Shown: in pieces, positions 13,867 through 26,299 of the stretch
How positions within the stretch are numbered: the stretch's first letter is position 1
Layout: every line of letters starts with the position of its first letter
Origin: Epiperipatus broadwayi
Taxonomy: Eukaryota; Animalia; Onychophora
DNA length: 64,000 nucleotides
Reading direction: 5' to 3'
NCBI GenBank assembly: GCA_028023455.1
Contig: JAQFVV010000003.1
Coordinates: 868,001 to 932,000 of the forward strand
Notes under the pieces: model-generated
Seen by the model: only the letters and a program-made list of their open reading frames with translations
What the model was told of the DNA's origin: nothing
The model's database searches: none
Position numbers and translations under genes: made by a program

Positions 13867-16800
13867 AATTGGATAATATTTGAGAATAGTAAGAAAATTA
13901 CATTAATATCTTAGAAATTGGTGAGTTTTGAGAAGTGATGCCAATAATTTGAATTGGTAGTAACTTTTTGACTTGTCTTGGGACTCATGACTTTAAATTA
14001 TGGAAGCTGGTACATTTTCTTTGCCTGGTAATGTCAATAGAATTTTGTCATTTTGTAAATGTTTCTGTATTAATTCCAATTTGTACTTTAAAATTTCAAC
14101 TTTTTATAAATCACATTATGAATGTTTAATGCAGTATGCAGTTCATGTCTATAAAAAACAATTTCAGAAAGTTATGTCTTTCTTTTGTTATATCAAAATG
14201 CAAGCATCATTTCAAATTTCTATGATCACTTTCAGAATAAAAAAGATTAGATCTTTAGCAGTGTCAATTGTATATTGGTTATTATTAGGATTTCTCCATG
14301 AATGTTTTCAATAAATTTTAAATAAATAAATAATCAAATTGATTGCTGTTTAGGAAGCCATGTGATACTTCTGTACTATAAAGTAATAAGATTAACTCTC
14401 AATAATGATGCCTTTAGTCCTAAAGTCCTCTAATATTCTCCAAATGCATTAAATGAAGCAGGTTTTAGCTCTAAATACAATTCAGTTATTATAATTCAAA
14501 ATATTTCACAGTTATTATTTAAAAGATAAGATGTCTATGTATATTTTCAATATCACATATAATCAAATATTTGCAAATCTTTTATATTTTTTATTTTTAA
14601 ATAAACTTGATAACAGAACATAAGCAAATAATTCTATAAGATCTTACATCAAGATTTTATATATTTTAAGAAAATTTTAAGACCCTAATGACTAGATTTG
14701 TGCAAAGTTACTCCATCATTATCATTATTGGGTTTTGGCAAGATTTATACATTGCTAGTGATATAACAAAGCTCCAATTTGAAATCGTTTTTTCATCGAG
14801 AACTTCATGAATCTCAGAAAAGTTTGTCACAATTTCAAGTTCTCTACTTTAATCTGCATTTTTTTTAAAAATAAAATAAATATTATATTATACATCAAAA
14901 AAAAATACTTGATCAGGAATATAAATTCAAGTAATGCAAAAAAACCCACACACATTTGCATGCAAGAGACTTCTAATAAATTAAAATTCAAAAGTGTGAG
15001 CTTATATTATTAAGTGAAGTATTACTCTCAACAATAGTATTTTTATGTCTTCATCTAGTTTAATGGAATAAACAGAAAGCAAAGAGTATTTCTTGTTTTA
15101 CAGTTTTAATACTATCCATGTGGCAAATGTTGTGATAAAATGAAATTTGAGAAATGATTAATCAAATGAAAAATAATTTATTTACATGGTGCTTATTCTC
15201 AGAACCACAGTAAATTAAGATTTCACTATATATATATATATGCTTTTAAGTATTTTTTTCCAGCAAGTTTTTATGAAATGTGAACCACAAAACTGTAAAC
15301 ATTAAAAAAGCATTTACTCATGAAACAGTATGGTCATTCTACATATAAAAATATAATGCTGAAGAAAAAAATAAAATGTTAACAAATAATAAAAAAATAT
15401 TGATTTAAAATTAATATGCATGTACTTAAAAGATAGAAATGTGGTTATGCAATTTTATTGCCACAATTAGTATAGAGAAGGATGACTGTTGATGCAAAAA
15501 GCTAAGATGGAAAAAAAATGGAAATAGAATAAGACTAGAATAATGAAAGATTAATTTAGACATGTAAAGGAAATGTCAATTCACATAAAAATTAACTGTC
15601 AAAAAATATTCTAAATTTTAAATATTAAAATTCTTTTAATATAAATATCTTATTTTGTTTAAACTTCTAAAAAAAATAAATAATAATATTTAGAAAATAC
15701 ACTATATTAATCATAAAGTTATTCACATGTATACAGAAAGAGGGTGATTATTTTCTTGCTGCTATAAGAAGGATATTTCAGTTGTGAGTTTTTAATCATT
15801 AAAGATATTTTAAGTACCACAATTTTATTTATTATTAATTAAGTCCAGGAGCAAAGTGCTTCCTGATTTGGGTGGCTAGTTGTGTTTGCTGTCCTACCAA
15901 AAAATATGATGGGTTTGTTTGAAAATTTCTCAAATACCTAAATATATTACTGAACTTTATTGTAAACTTAAACTTATGAGATTAGAAGATTAGTTAAATG
16001 ATTGTTATTCAATGAGTTTCATATTTTAAAAGGCTTTTTCAAAACTTTCCATAAATATATTTTGTATAAATTTTGATATATAATGCTATTTTAAATATAA
16101 ATAAATTAAAATGAAAATATTAGTATTCTTTGCAAGATTTTAAATAATATATATTGATAAAGTAACAAATTCTTATGCCACAATTCAACCTGCCACTTTT
16201 GCTCTTCATTTCCTTAGTGAGTACTTGATTATCTTTATGGATCATATTTTATAATCTTGATAAAAGAAAAAAAATAATGTTGAGCAAATTAATATCTACA
16301 AAAAAAAAACACACTAAAAAAAAAACAACAACGTAATTTTAGAAAAAAAAAACTATAATAACTCCATCACTGAAATATAATATAATTAAGGCAATACTAT
16401 TTATAAAGAAAATATATATATATATATTGATAGTTTCTAAATGTTAATAATCTTTGTCAAAGACGATTGTTCCATCAAAAAGGAGATTATAGTTAATGTT
16501 TTTAATGTTTATCTGTGCATAAAGCAGTACTAATATATCTTTTGTAATTTTAAATATCATTACATATCATTGCTGCTAAAAAATTTCTTTATTTTTTTAA
16601 TCAGTAAAAGATATTTTCAAACCATATTACAGGTTTCTGTGTTGAATTACCATTGTAATTGTTTAAAATGTTTCTATAGGGCTTCTTATTTTTAAATGGA
16701 TATCTTCTGCTTGGAAATAAAATATTAATAAGTGTGGCATGTTAATATTAAATTGTATTCCAAGCAATTTTGAAATAAAAGATACAATTTTAATTTTTGA

Positions 16801-19800
16801 ATTCACAATGCAATCAACCACTTTCGCTATAATAAAACATTACAAAAAATATGTTACTGTTTTTTTTAAAATGTGTAGAGTAGCTTGAATTTTATAAAGT
16901 TAACATCATTTAAGCAACATTATCTTCCTGCATTTTATTTAATGAAATTAATGATGAAATGCAAAAGATATACTGCAATTTTAAACAAATGGAGTGAAAA
17001 AAATATATAAAGTTAATAATAGATTTTACTTATAAATTTATTTTGAATTATAGAGAGAGTCATATTTTTATGTGTATAATTTTAAATTTAAATCCTATCA
17101 TTAGTATGTTCTACATATTAAAAATGTATATCTAGTAATTCTATTTTTTCATTAATCATTTGTGATAATTTCTTACGATTTACATTTTTTAAAGTTAATT
17201 TATTAAAACAATTGCATTATATATGTACATGTTCATGGTAAGAACAATATAATATTTACTTTTATCCATAATTTTGGATTATTACGTGAAGGCTTTTAAC
17301 CAACTAATATGGACGTGAGAGAGTTACTGTACTTAATTTTATGAAATTTTGACTTCTCTTTTGTCAATTATCTTCTGTTTCAGGTTTTCATTTTTATTAT
17401 TTATTCAACTATTATCTTTTTCTTTATTTTTTATAATTGGTTAAAAGAAAAAAATCCAATTATTTGAATAAAGGTGATTGTCACAAGGACGAATGAAACA
17501 CGAAAATTAAATATAAAAAACTTTATGAGTTAATGTTTTGAAATATTATATAACATTGATTATAATGTTTGCAATTTAGAGTTCTACATATATATTAAAA
17601 TATTAAATACTGTACTGTGCTTACAAGATTAAAAATTGAAAATTTTATATCTATCATGCCTCTAGTTATAATGGAATTAATTATAAAAAGTCAGTATTAT
17701 AAATAAAATTTAGATGGAGAGTGGGGGGATATGTTTAACTTATTTCATGAACAAACTAATAAATTTGTTTATGCTAAGTTGAATTTAATTTTTTTTTTTT
17801 ACTTTAGAAATAATTAACTAAGATCTGTTAAGTTTTTGATGTTATTTCATTAAAAAAATGTTTTGTTAAAAATAAATTAATGTTACTTTTTCTTGTCTAA
17901 TGGTTTTATATTTTAATCAAAGTTAAACAAAAAATTAATGCATTCGATTATATTTTTATATATTAGAAGAGCTCATGGGATAGTTGATGTACATCTGCCT
18001 GCCATATCCTTGACCTAAGATTCAAATACCTGGAATATAAATATTTGTGATTCCAGGCAAGCTTAGAATTTTTTCAAAAGTTCTCTGTATAAATAATCAA
18101 CCTAGAATACAATTATTGATTAATAAAGAGCATTTAGCTATTCTTAACTAAAGAACTAAAGAATAAAATAACTAAAAAAAAACAGTTTTTTTTATCTGTC
18201 ATTTATATATATATATATGTATATTGTAGACAGTATATATATATATATATATATATTGTAGACAGTGGCCAACTCTTTGCCAGGTCAAATATTACAAGCT
18301 TTTAAAATCTGAAATGTATTAATAAATGGGGAAATGATAGATTTAATTTCTCATATGTTTTTTTTATAATATCAAGTATTAATTTATTTAAGTTTATATT
18401 TTTTAAATGAATATATGGTAACTTCAAAACATTTTTAATAATAATATAAATATTGTTTTAATGTATTATACATATTTAAAAAAGAAAGAGACAATAAATG
18501 ATATTTCCCCCCTCTCTTCAGTAAATTTAATTATCAACCAGTTTTGATTTTAATTTTAAAAAAAGGTATTGGGAGAAAAAAATTTTCTCTTCAGTAAGTT
18601 ATGGAAATGTTTACTGAAAAGTTTTAATTTCAACTTTAGAAAGATAATAATAGGAGAAATAAAATGAATAAAGTTTTTTAAAAGAAAAGAAAAAAAATAA
18701 GGTCTCAACATTTTTGCTAAATTTTCTTTTAATTAGAGTTTATTTTCCTTTTCTCTTAATCTCTCACCAAAATAAAAAGCAATGTTTTTTAAATCATACT
18801 AATTAAGAGATTATCTTATTTTTGGCATACAAAAAAAGACAACTATATAAGATTTTAAAAATTAAAATGAGGGAAATAACAACATTTTTGTTTTGTAAAA
18901 ATAGACCCAATTGGTTAGCATTTAATTTGAGCATGTAAGATATAAAATGTAATTGGATGCATACATAATTATTCTAAAAAATAATACAGAGTGGGGTACA
19001 GTAAGTCAGTAGACCTCAGTGTCTTGTGAGAAGCTGTCATTCCTGATTCCGCTGTTGAACAAAACAAAAGCAGAAGTTTATCTATAAAAAAGATGATTTC
19101 TAAAATGGATTTGAAGAAAACCATGTAGTAAATTTTTAACTAGAAAATGAGCATTATTGAACCTGTCTGTAATTTGTTTACTAAAAAATGTAAAAGAGAA
19201 TATCATTGAAGTAGTCTGCAACAAGCCTTATCTCCATTTAAAAGCATGACTATTTTTTTCTGTGTTTTTGCCTGACTGGGAAAATTATTAAATTGGAAAA
19301 AATTGTTAAATTCATTATGTGTGTAACTCAACTGCAAATTATTACATTGAAGAAATGGATATGATAAGCCTGTGTGAAACCTGAAAAATATTCTATTGCA
19401 AAAATAGAAAAATTTAATTGTGTAAATCACCATGGAAATATGCTTTAATGGAGAATCCTACAAAAAGAAAACGAACATGAGAAAACCTGAAATTTACAAT
19501 TACCAAAAAAGGTCTCAAAAGAAAGCCATCGTAATTTATATTTACATTTATAGATAATTTTTTATAAAGCAATAATTAATGGTAATGAATAATTGTATTG
19601 GTATTTTTCTTTAATTGAAAGTTGTTTTTTATTTTTATTTTTTTATTTTTTATTTTATTTTATTTTTTTTTATTTTCATAAAAAATAGGCAAAAAAATTT
19701 TTTTAGCCAATTTAATTTTTTTTTATTTTTATTTTTCAATTTTAATCATGGAAGTGAGAAAGAATTCTATTTAAAATTAATGCTGGTTAATTGAATTTGT

Positions 19801-20621
19801 AAAAGCCAAACAACAAGTTTATATTACTATATGTAATTATATTTTGTTAATAAAATGTATTTCAGTTTGAATTATTATATTATTATATTTTTTGTCAATT
19901 TTTTTAATTAATTATTAATTAATTTATTACACAATTGTTAAAAAATGACTATTCCTCCAGCTATCTGTTTTATGAATTAGCAGTGTGTGTGACTTGGTTT
20001 CATAATAGCATAGTGTTGTCGGATTTTTAAATTATCACAGTAAGCTTATAAATTTAGACTTTCTCTTGTGCACAATCACATCCTCTGGGGCATCTGCCTC
20101 TGAGCTAGTGCAAAGGTATCATCTTTAATGTCCATTCACTGCATTTAATTTTTTTGTTAAAAAAATTTTAGTTCGTAATTGTCCTGTACACTAATGATAC
20201 CATATGGTCAGAACATTGATGATGTTCAGCTATGCATCAATATTTCAGCATTATCTTTTATTATATTAGCATTTAAGTATGTGCATCCAGATGATTGTTA
20301 TATTTTTTCTAGGTTTGGCAGTGGCTAGATAATTAGTCAGTTTATAATGCAACTCTTTTAGATCCAGTCACAAATGGTGACTGTTAATTGTTGATGATCT
20401 GATTATTTTTTTTAAATGCTGGTAATATTAAATCTTTTTAATTTTATTATTATAATACACTTATTATTATTGCAATGCTTATCTCATGTTCATTTTATAT
20501 ATATACATATATATTCATTTAGTGTTGTTCTTTTTATATTTGATTCTAATTCCTTATTTATATTTACACTCAATTGGGATAATGATATTTTTGCATCTCC
20601 CTACATTTACCCCTACTTTCA

Positions 20622-20625
<4 letters not shown>

Positions 20626-20709
<84 letters not shown>
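20626..20709. repeat. (TA)n microsatellite
   Basis: Direct reading; one AA interruption. Confidence 0.98.
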
Positions 20710-20712
<3 letters not shown>

Positions 20713-21505
20713 AATGAGATGCATCCAATCAACATGATGATATGTAAATAAACATAAAATAAAAATGGAAGAAATTCATCTAGAATAAAGACTGTACACA
20801 CTCATAGGTTGAATTAATATTTATACTAATTTTTTATAACATATTAACATTTTATTGACCAAATTTAATATTTTTTTCTTCAACTATAGCCCATATTTAT
20901 TTATCTTTAATACTAACAATATAGATGTCTTTGAAATATGTATATATAGAAGATAGAATGATATATGTAGCATGAATACACAAGATGTAGACCATTATTT
21001 TATAATTTTCAAATATGTTGAAAACTAATAAAATATCAATTTACATTAATAGTGAGAAAACTTGCCATTTTTTGATTTTAAATGATTCTCAACCCATGCA
21101 TATTTTTGTTAGTTGAAAAATAAGAAGTTTTCTCTAGAAAAAGAGAGGAGACAATTTAGTTTTATCTTGATGAGATTATTTTGAAACAAAAAAAGATAAA
21201 ATTATGAAATAATATTTTTATTTTAAAGTCTTAGTTTTTAATTACACTAAATTCTATCTTATATAATGCTGTAGGATAATTAATATATTATGCTAAATAC
21301 AACAGAACCCAAAAGAAATAAACTCTTTTGAAGGAAGAAAATCTATTGCTGTTCTAAAAGAAAATATTTGGAAAAATTATCACATCTATTAAAATAAATA
21401 TTCATCCAAAAACAACTGAAACAGAGATTATAGTTACAATAAAATAGAATAATACTATGTGTAAATGCATAGTTGGATAATAAACTCCATTATAATCCCT
21501 TAAAT

Positions 21506-22611
21506 CAGGAATGGGGAACATTTTTCTGCCAAATGTCATTTAGATATTTATAATATCATTTGTGGGTCATACAAAATTATTATTTTAAAAATGTGTTTAG
21601 TATATTTATTCAAATATTTAATTAATTTACCCTAATTATTAGAGACAATATTTTAAACTGGCAGGTCAATTTTTAGATTTTCTTTTTTAAATGAGGGCAA
21701 TATTTGTGTGAATTAAAAATAAAGTAATATCATTATTAATGATTATTTCATATTTAATAACAATGTTTCCACTTTGTTTTGTAACTATTTTTTATGACAA
21801 TTATATTCTTGAATTTCTTTTTTATGTTCTAGAGAGATTAATTCCACAGGATCTATGATGCAATCTTTTATGAATCCCCTTTAGAAAATGTTTTTGAAAT
21901 GTTCTGTTTTTAAAAAAAAATTGTTACTTGCTTTCACAGAATTTTTTGCTTTGTTTGTGCTTTTTATGAAACATATCAGTGACTTGATAAAGCTTCTTTT
22001 TAAGTTTTCTATTTTAATATTTCTTTCTTTCCCAACAATTTTGTTGTAATCAGAATGTTTTGATAAATAATGTCAATTAATATTTTTTAAGTAAATGAAA
22101 TACTTTCCAAACATATCAGGCACATTAATTTTCTATTTCTATAAAAAAAATACATGATCCATATTTTGAAATGCATGATTTTCTGTGTCAAGTTCTCTTA
22201 TTTTACTGGTATAGGCATCCTTATAAAAAAAAAGTAAAATTTGAGTTTTATTTTTGCTAGTATATGTTCATTTGCAAAATGTCACTAAAAAAACAAACAA
22301 ACTGCTCTCAGTATTGTACATTACATGAAATCATAATCAGATATACCACACAATATAGATAATTTGTTGGAATATTGCACCTCTTATAATAATGAACTAA
22401 AACTATTATAAAGGTTGGAGAGAAAAAAGATATAGTTGACAATATAAATATTTTCTTTCACTTTATTCTTATTTCAATATTTGTATTACCACATGTTTAA
22501 ATATAAATTTTATACAAGATCATTTTATATATATTTTTGAAAATGTCCATGGGCTGCATTGAGAGTTTTGAAATGCCAGAGTCAGTTTATAAGGCAGTTT
22601 TCTCATCCCTG
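21506..22611 (+). mobile_element. Non-autonomous hAT (Charlie-group) DNA transposon
   Basis: Degenerate terminal inverted repeats CAGGAATGGGGAAC (21506) and GTTTTCTCATCCCTG (ends 22611) fit Charlie-type CAGGGGTGGGGAAC termini. The 3' subterminal tgtccatgggctgcat resembles a CpG-decayed cgcgggccgca motif. No clean 8-bp TSD (ccttaaat versus gttaatag) and no intact transposase. Confidence 0.65.
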
Positions 22612-24039
22612 GTTAATAGGAATGCCAACAAAAATACATATAGCCTACTTGCTAGATTAATTTAAAAACAAAAGAGCAAAGGTAACTCTTATTTAAAATA
22701 AAATGTCTAAATCAGTTGTATATCAATAGCAATAAATGAAATGATATAAGCTGATCAAAACTTACATTAGATAATAAACCAAGCTTCCAATTAGATATAT
22801 AAATACTTTAATGTAGACATAAAGATAGGAAATAAATTTATTGGAATATATATTTCAATTAAAGTTGTCTGAATTGGAATTAGAATTTTTAAGAGTCCAA
22901 TTGACATTTTAAAAAAAGTCCTAACTGATTATATAATAATAATGTTATTAGCATTATACTTTATTATTAAAGAAAATTTGGTTTTCTTCTATAATTTTTG
23001 TGTAAAATAATTCTACAATTTGATTTGAAATTATGACTACATTTGCTTTATTACAATGGAAATAATGAATACATAAATAAAAATATTATTGCTGATATTT
23101 GTTTTATATATTGGGATTTCACCTTTATTGTTAAAAGGAGATTGCCTTGACAACAGTTTGAAATTGTTGATTGTTTTTGATATTGGTATTGTCTCAGTGT
23201 TGACTGGCTTTTAATGATATATCTATATATATATATATTATAAAAATGAGAAAGTGTGTATAAGCAAGTTCAATATTAGAGTATAAGTGCACATATAAGG
23301 CTTGAATATTAATTAAAATCACTACATTTATAGTTTGTGACACAAGCTATACATTTTTTTACTTTTCCCTATTACTGCTAAGAAATAAAATAATTTCTCT
23401 CTGATATTATGTCATTTATTATTTATTCTAAACAATATCATTAAATAATCTCCAGGTATCAAATACAAAACTGTATCTAGATTTAGATTTAAACTGAATT
23501 TGATCCATAACATTAGCTTATAATGCTTATTGAGTGAGTGAATAATGGTTAGACTTTTAACTGAGAACAATTTTGGGAACGCCATCCTTAATATATTTTT
23601 ACTTAGAGTGTCATCTAGACAAAAGTAATATATTGATTAATATTTATGCATAATAATTTTAAATAATTTGTAAGTGGAACTTAACAATTATCTGTTCACT
23701 AAGGCAAAATTTGTTATCTCTAAATATAATTGATTTCACTCACAAATGAAAGGACATTAAGAATTTATAATTGTATGTGAGAAAATTTTCATTTAAGAAT
23801 ATGTGATTTGACTTTTCATACTGACATCTTGATTACATCTTCATAATCAGTCATGTATAACATTTCTGAATTATATTTATCACAACCACATTTGTGAATG
23901 ATTACAATTTAATTATTAATTAGTTCTAGGGAATTTATATAATTATGTTCTCTCATAAATAATTTTTCTTCCTATTCAATTGTGAATTTAGATTGATCTC
24001 ATAAATAAGATCATCTATCTTTGTGCTGAGACAAAGGGT

Positions 24040-24790
24040 GTCAGCTATGAGGGAAGCATCCCTGAGTAACATCTTATTAATAGTATATTATAAGATTCAT
24101 AATCTAAATGTCTGAATTCTTATCTTTCAATAACTGTGTAATGATATTATACTAACACAGTAGCAAAATTTTCATACAGTAGTGACACCCAGTGCAAGCT
24201 TTACTAATCAATGAGTAAAATATTTGTTCATAAAATGTCTATATAGTATCTACTCAACTAATATTTTCAGAGTAGTTTCTAACTTGTGGATTTTTTCAGT
24301 GAAAAGCCTTCAGATCTGAAAACACTGCACCTAGATCTTAGGACTTAATACAACTCTCCAGCAGCCACTTTTTACCTATTCAATTAATTATAAAGCTATA
24401 AATCCAAGATGAAAACTTAATAATGTTTTAAATTCAAGCTCATGCACTTGTACAGTCATATACTACTATGGGCAGGATTGGTATAAAATCATTAAAACAT
24501 TACATAATCACCATTTATTATGCTTACCTAAGCTGTTGAAACAATAGCAAACTATCCATTGAGTATTGCTACCCAGAGCAATCCTTAATAGTCAATGGAT
24601 GAAAGAAGTTTTGTGCACAAAATTCCAATCTAGTACCTATTCATCCAATATCTGCAAGATAGTTTCTGGATGTGGCTTTCATCAGTGTGGAGATGTTAGA
24701 TTTGAGAGCACTGCCCCTAGATTTTAGAATCAAATACAACTCTCTGGAAGATACCTTTTATCTATTGAGTTAATTATAAACCTAGGACTC
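24040..24790 (+). mobile_element. Decayed LINE-like (L2/CR1) RT C-terminal remnant
   Basis: GC-richer island whose broken frames give AHALVQS (HALV.S-like) and a ..APRF segment; many stops. Confidence 0.3.
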
Positions 24791-25168
24791 CCAGATAAAA
24801 ACACAGTAATGTTTTCAATCCGAGCTCATATATAATCTCATATATCTAAACTTGTTCAGTATGTTCAATTAATGGTGATAAATAAAGATCGTCTTATATG
24901 GTTTGATGTTTGATTCAAAATTTATTTATTATTTTGTAATGTTTTGGGTCAAAACAAAAAGTCATAATTGATTTTTGATTATTAGAACTGGTCATGATCA
25001 AATCGTTTAGTGTTTAAAATTGTACTCAAATTATTTTGTTGTTAGAACAGTATTAAAATTTTTTAGCATTAGGGTAAAGCCAATCTATCAACCAAAAATA
25101 CAACTGATAAATATAAAACTACTAATATAAAAATCACACAAACATATATATATATATTGTAACAAAAT

Positions 25169-25436
25169 TAAAGATCGATCAAAGATCCAGTGTAACCAAA
25201 ATGAGATCTGGTCTATTAAAGTAATTATGAAATGTCAGAATTCAAACATTATTAAAATCTCAAATATTCAGTATTACAAACATTAATAAACTGATCAAAA
25301 GTATCATTGTAACTTAAATAAACTAGATTAAAGATCCATTGTAATAAAATTAAGGTTTAGATTAAAAGATATTGATTAAATGATCATGAAATGTCAAATA
25401 TTATTAAAAAATTATGAATCCAAAATATTCAGTATA
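25169..25436. repeat. Degenerate about 158-bp tandem duplication
   Basis: at.aaagatcca.tgtaa..atgaaatgtca..attattaaaa..aaatattcagtat is present twice. Confidence 0.55.
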
Positions 25437-26299
25437 TTATTATATTCAGCTTAACTTAATGAAGAGGATCAACTGGATCAAGTATATTATTTAATCAAGA
25501 AATGATTCAAATATAAATATTTATTTTATCTCAAAAAGCTTCCAATATAAATATTTAGCTTAATAAACGAAAAATGCATTGTAGATTTTTATATCAAAAG
25601 AAAAGAATTATTTAACCTGAGTAGTGGCTATTAAACCAAAGATCAGACTGAGTTATCTATCATATTACGGGTCATTGGATGAAATGAAACATATTTCTAT
25701 CATTAGATTTCTCAAGATATCCCACTATCAATAATTATAAGCAAATTATTAATAACAAGTATTATAACTCAGGTATATGAAATCACGTGAGGTGAGTACA
25801 CTAGTAATTCAATAAAATATAACTCAGGTATACAGACAGTAGATCTTATCCACTTTCATTTCTTGGTTTGATGTTAAGTGCATGTTTAAACAAATACTAA
25901 GTGAATATGGTCTAGCAGGGCGCCACTAGATTATTTGAATCTAGACACAGTTATATCTAATAACCTTTTCACATGTACCGGGTTTGAATCCCTTCTTGGT
26001 ACTTTATTTCTAATAAAAATGGGAGATTTTGCTTTTTGAGCCATATCACTATACGCACTAATATTTAGGTAAAAGTAAAACATCTATAAACCAAAGTGGA
26101 GTATATTAGACATAAATCATTTCTCAGATCTTAACATAACAAATGTGTTTCAATATTTTTATAAGTTTACTAGCTCAGATTATATATAACTAATTTAGGA
26201 TGGCAATTCACTCATCCTTGCATGAAATAGATGACGGGATGTGGTTATAATAATACTAAGAAATCACTAAATATTATAAAATCAATATTTATTTATGGC

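Noticed and set aside
4411-19433. Short F/I/L/K/Y-rich ORFs (4411, 5840, 9231, 14000, 14807, 19203 and similar ones later)
   Set aside because: Composition is as expected for random AT-rich DNA; no splice context or recognisable motif.
20416-20801. ORFs with IYIYIY runs (also 33316-33552, 45439-45791, 56268-56609)
   Set aside because: They are translations of (TA)n and (GA)n microsatellites, not genes.
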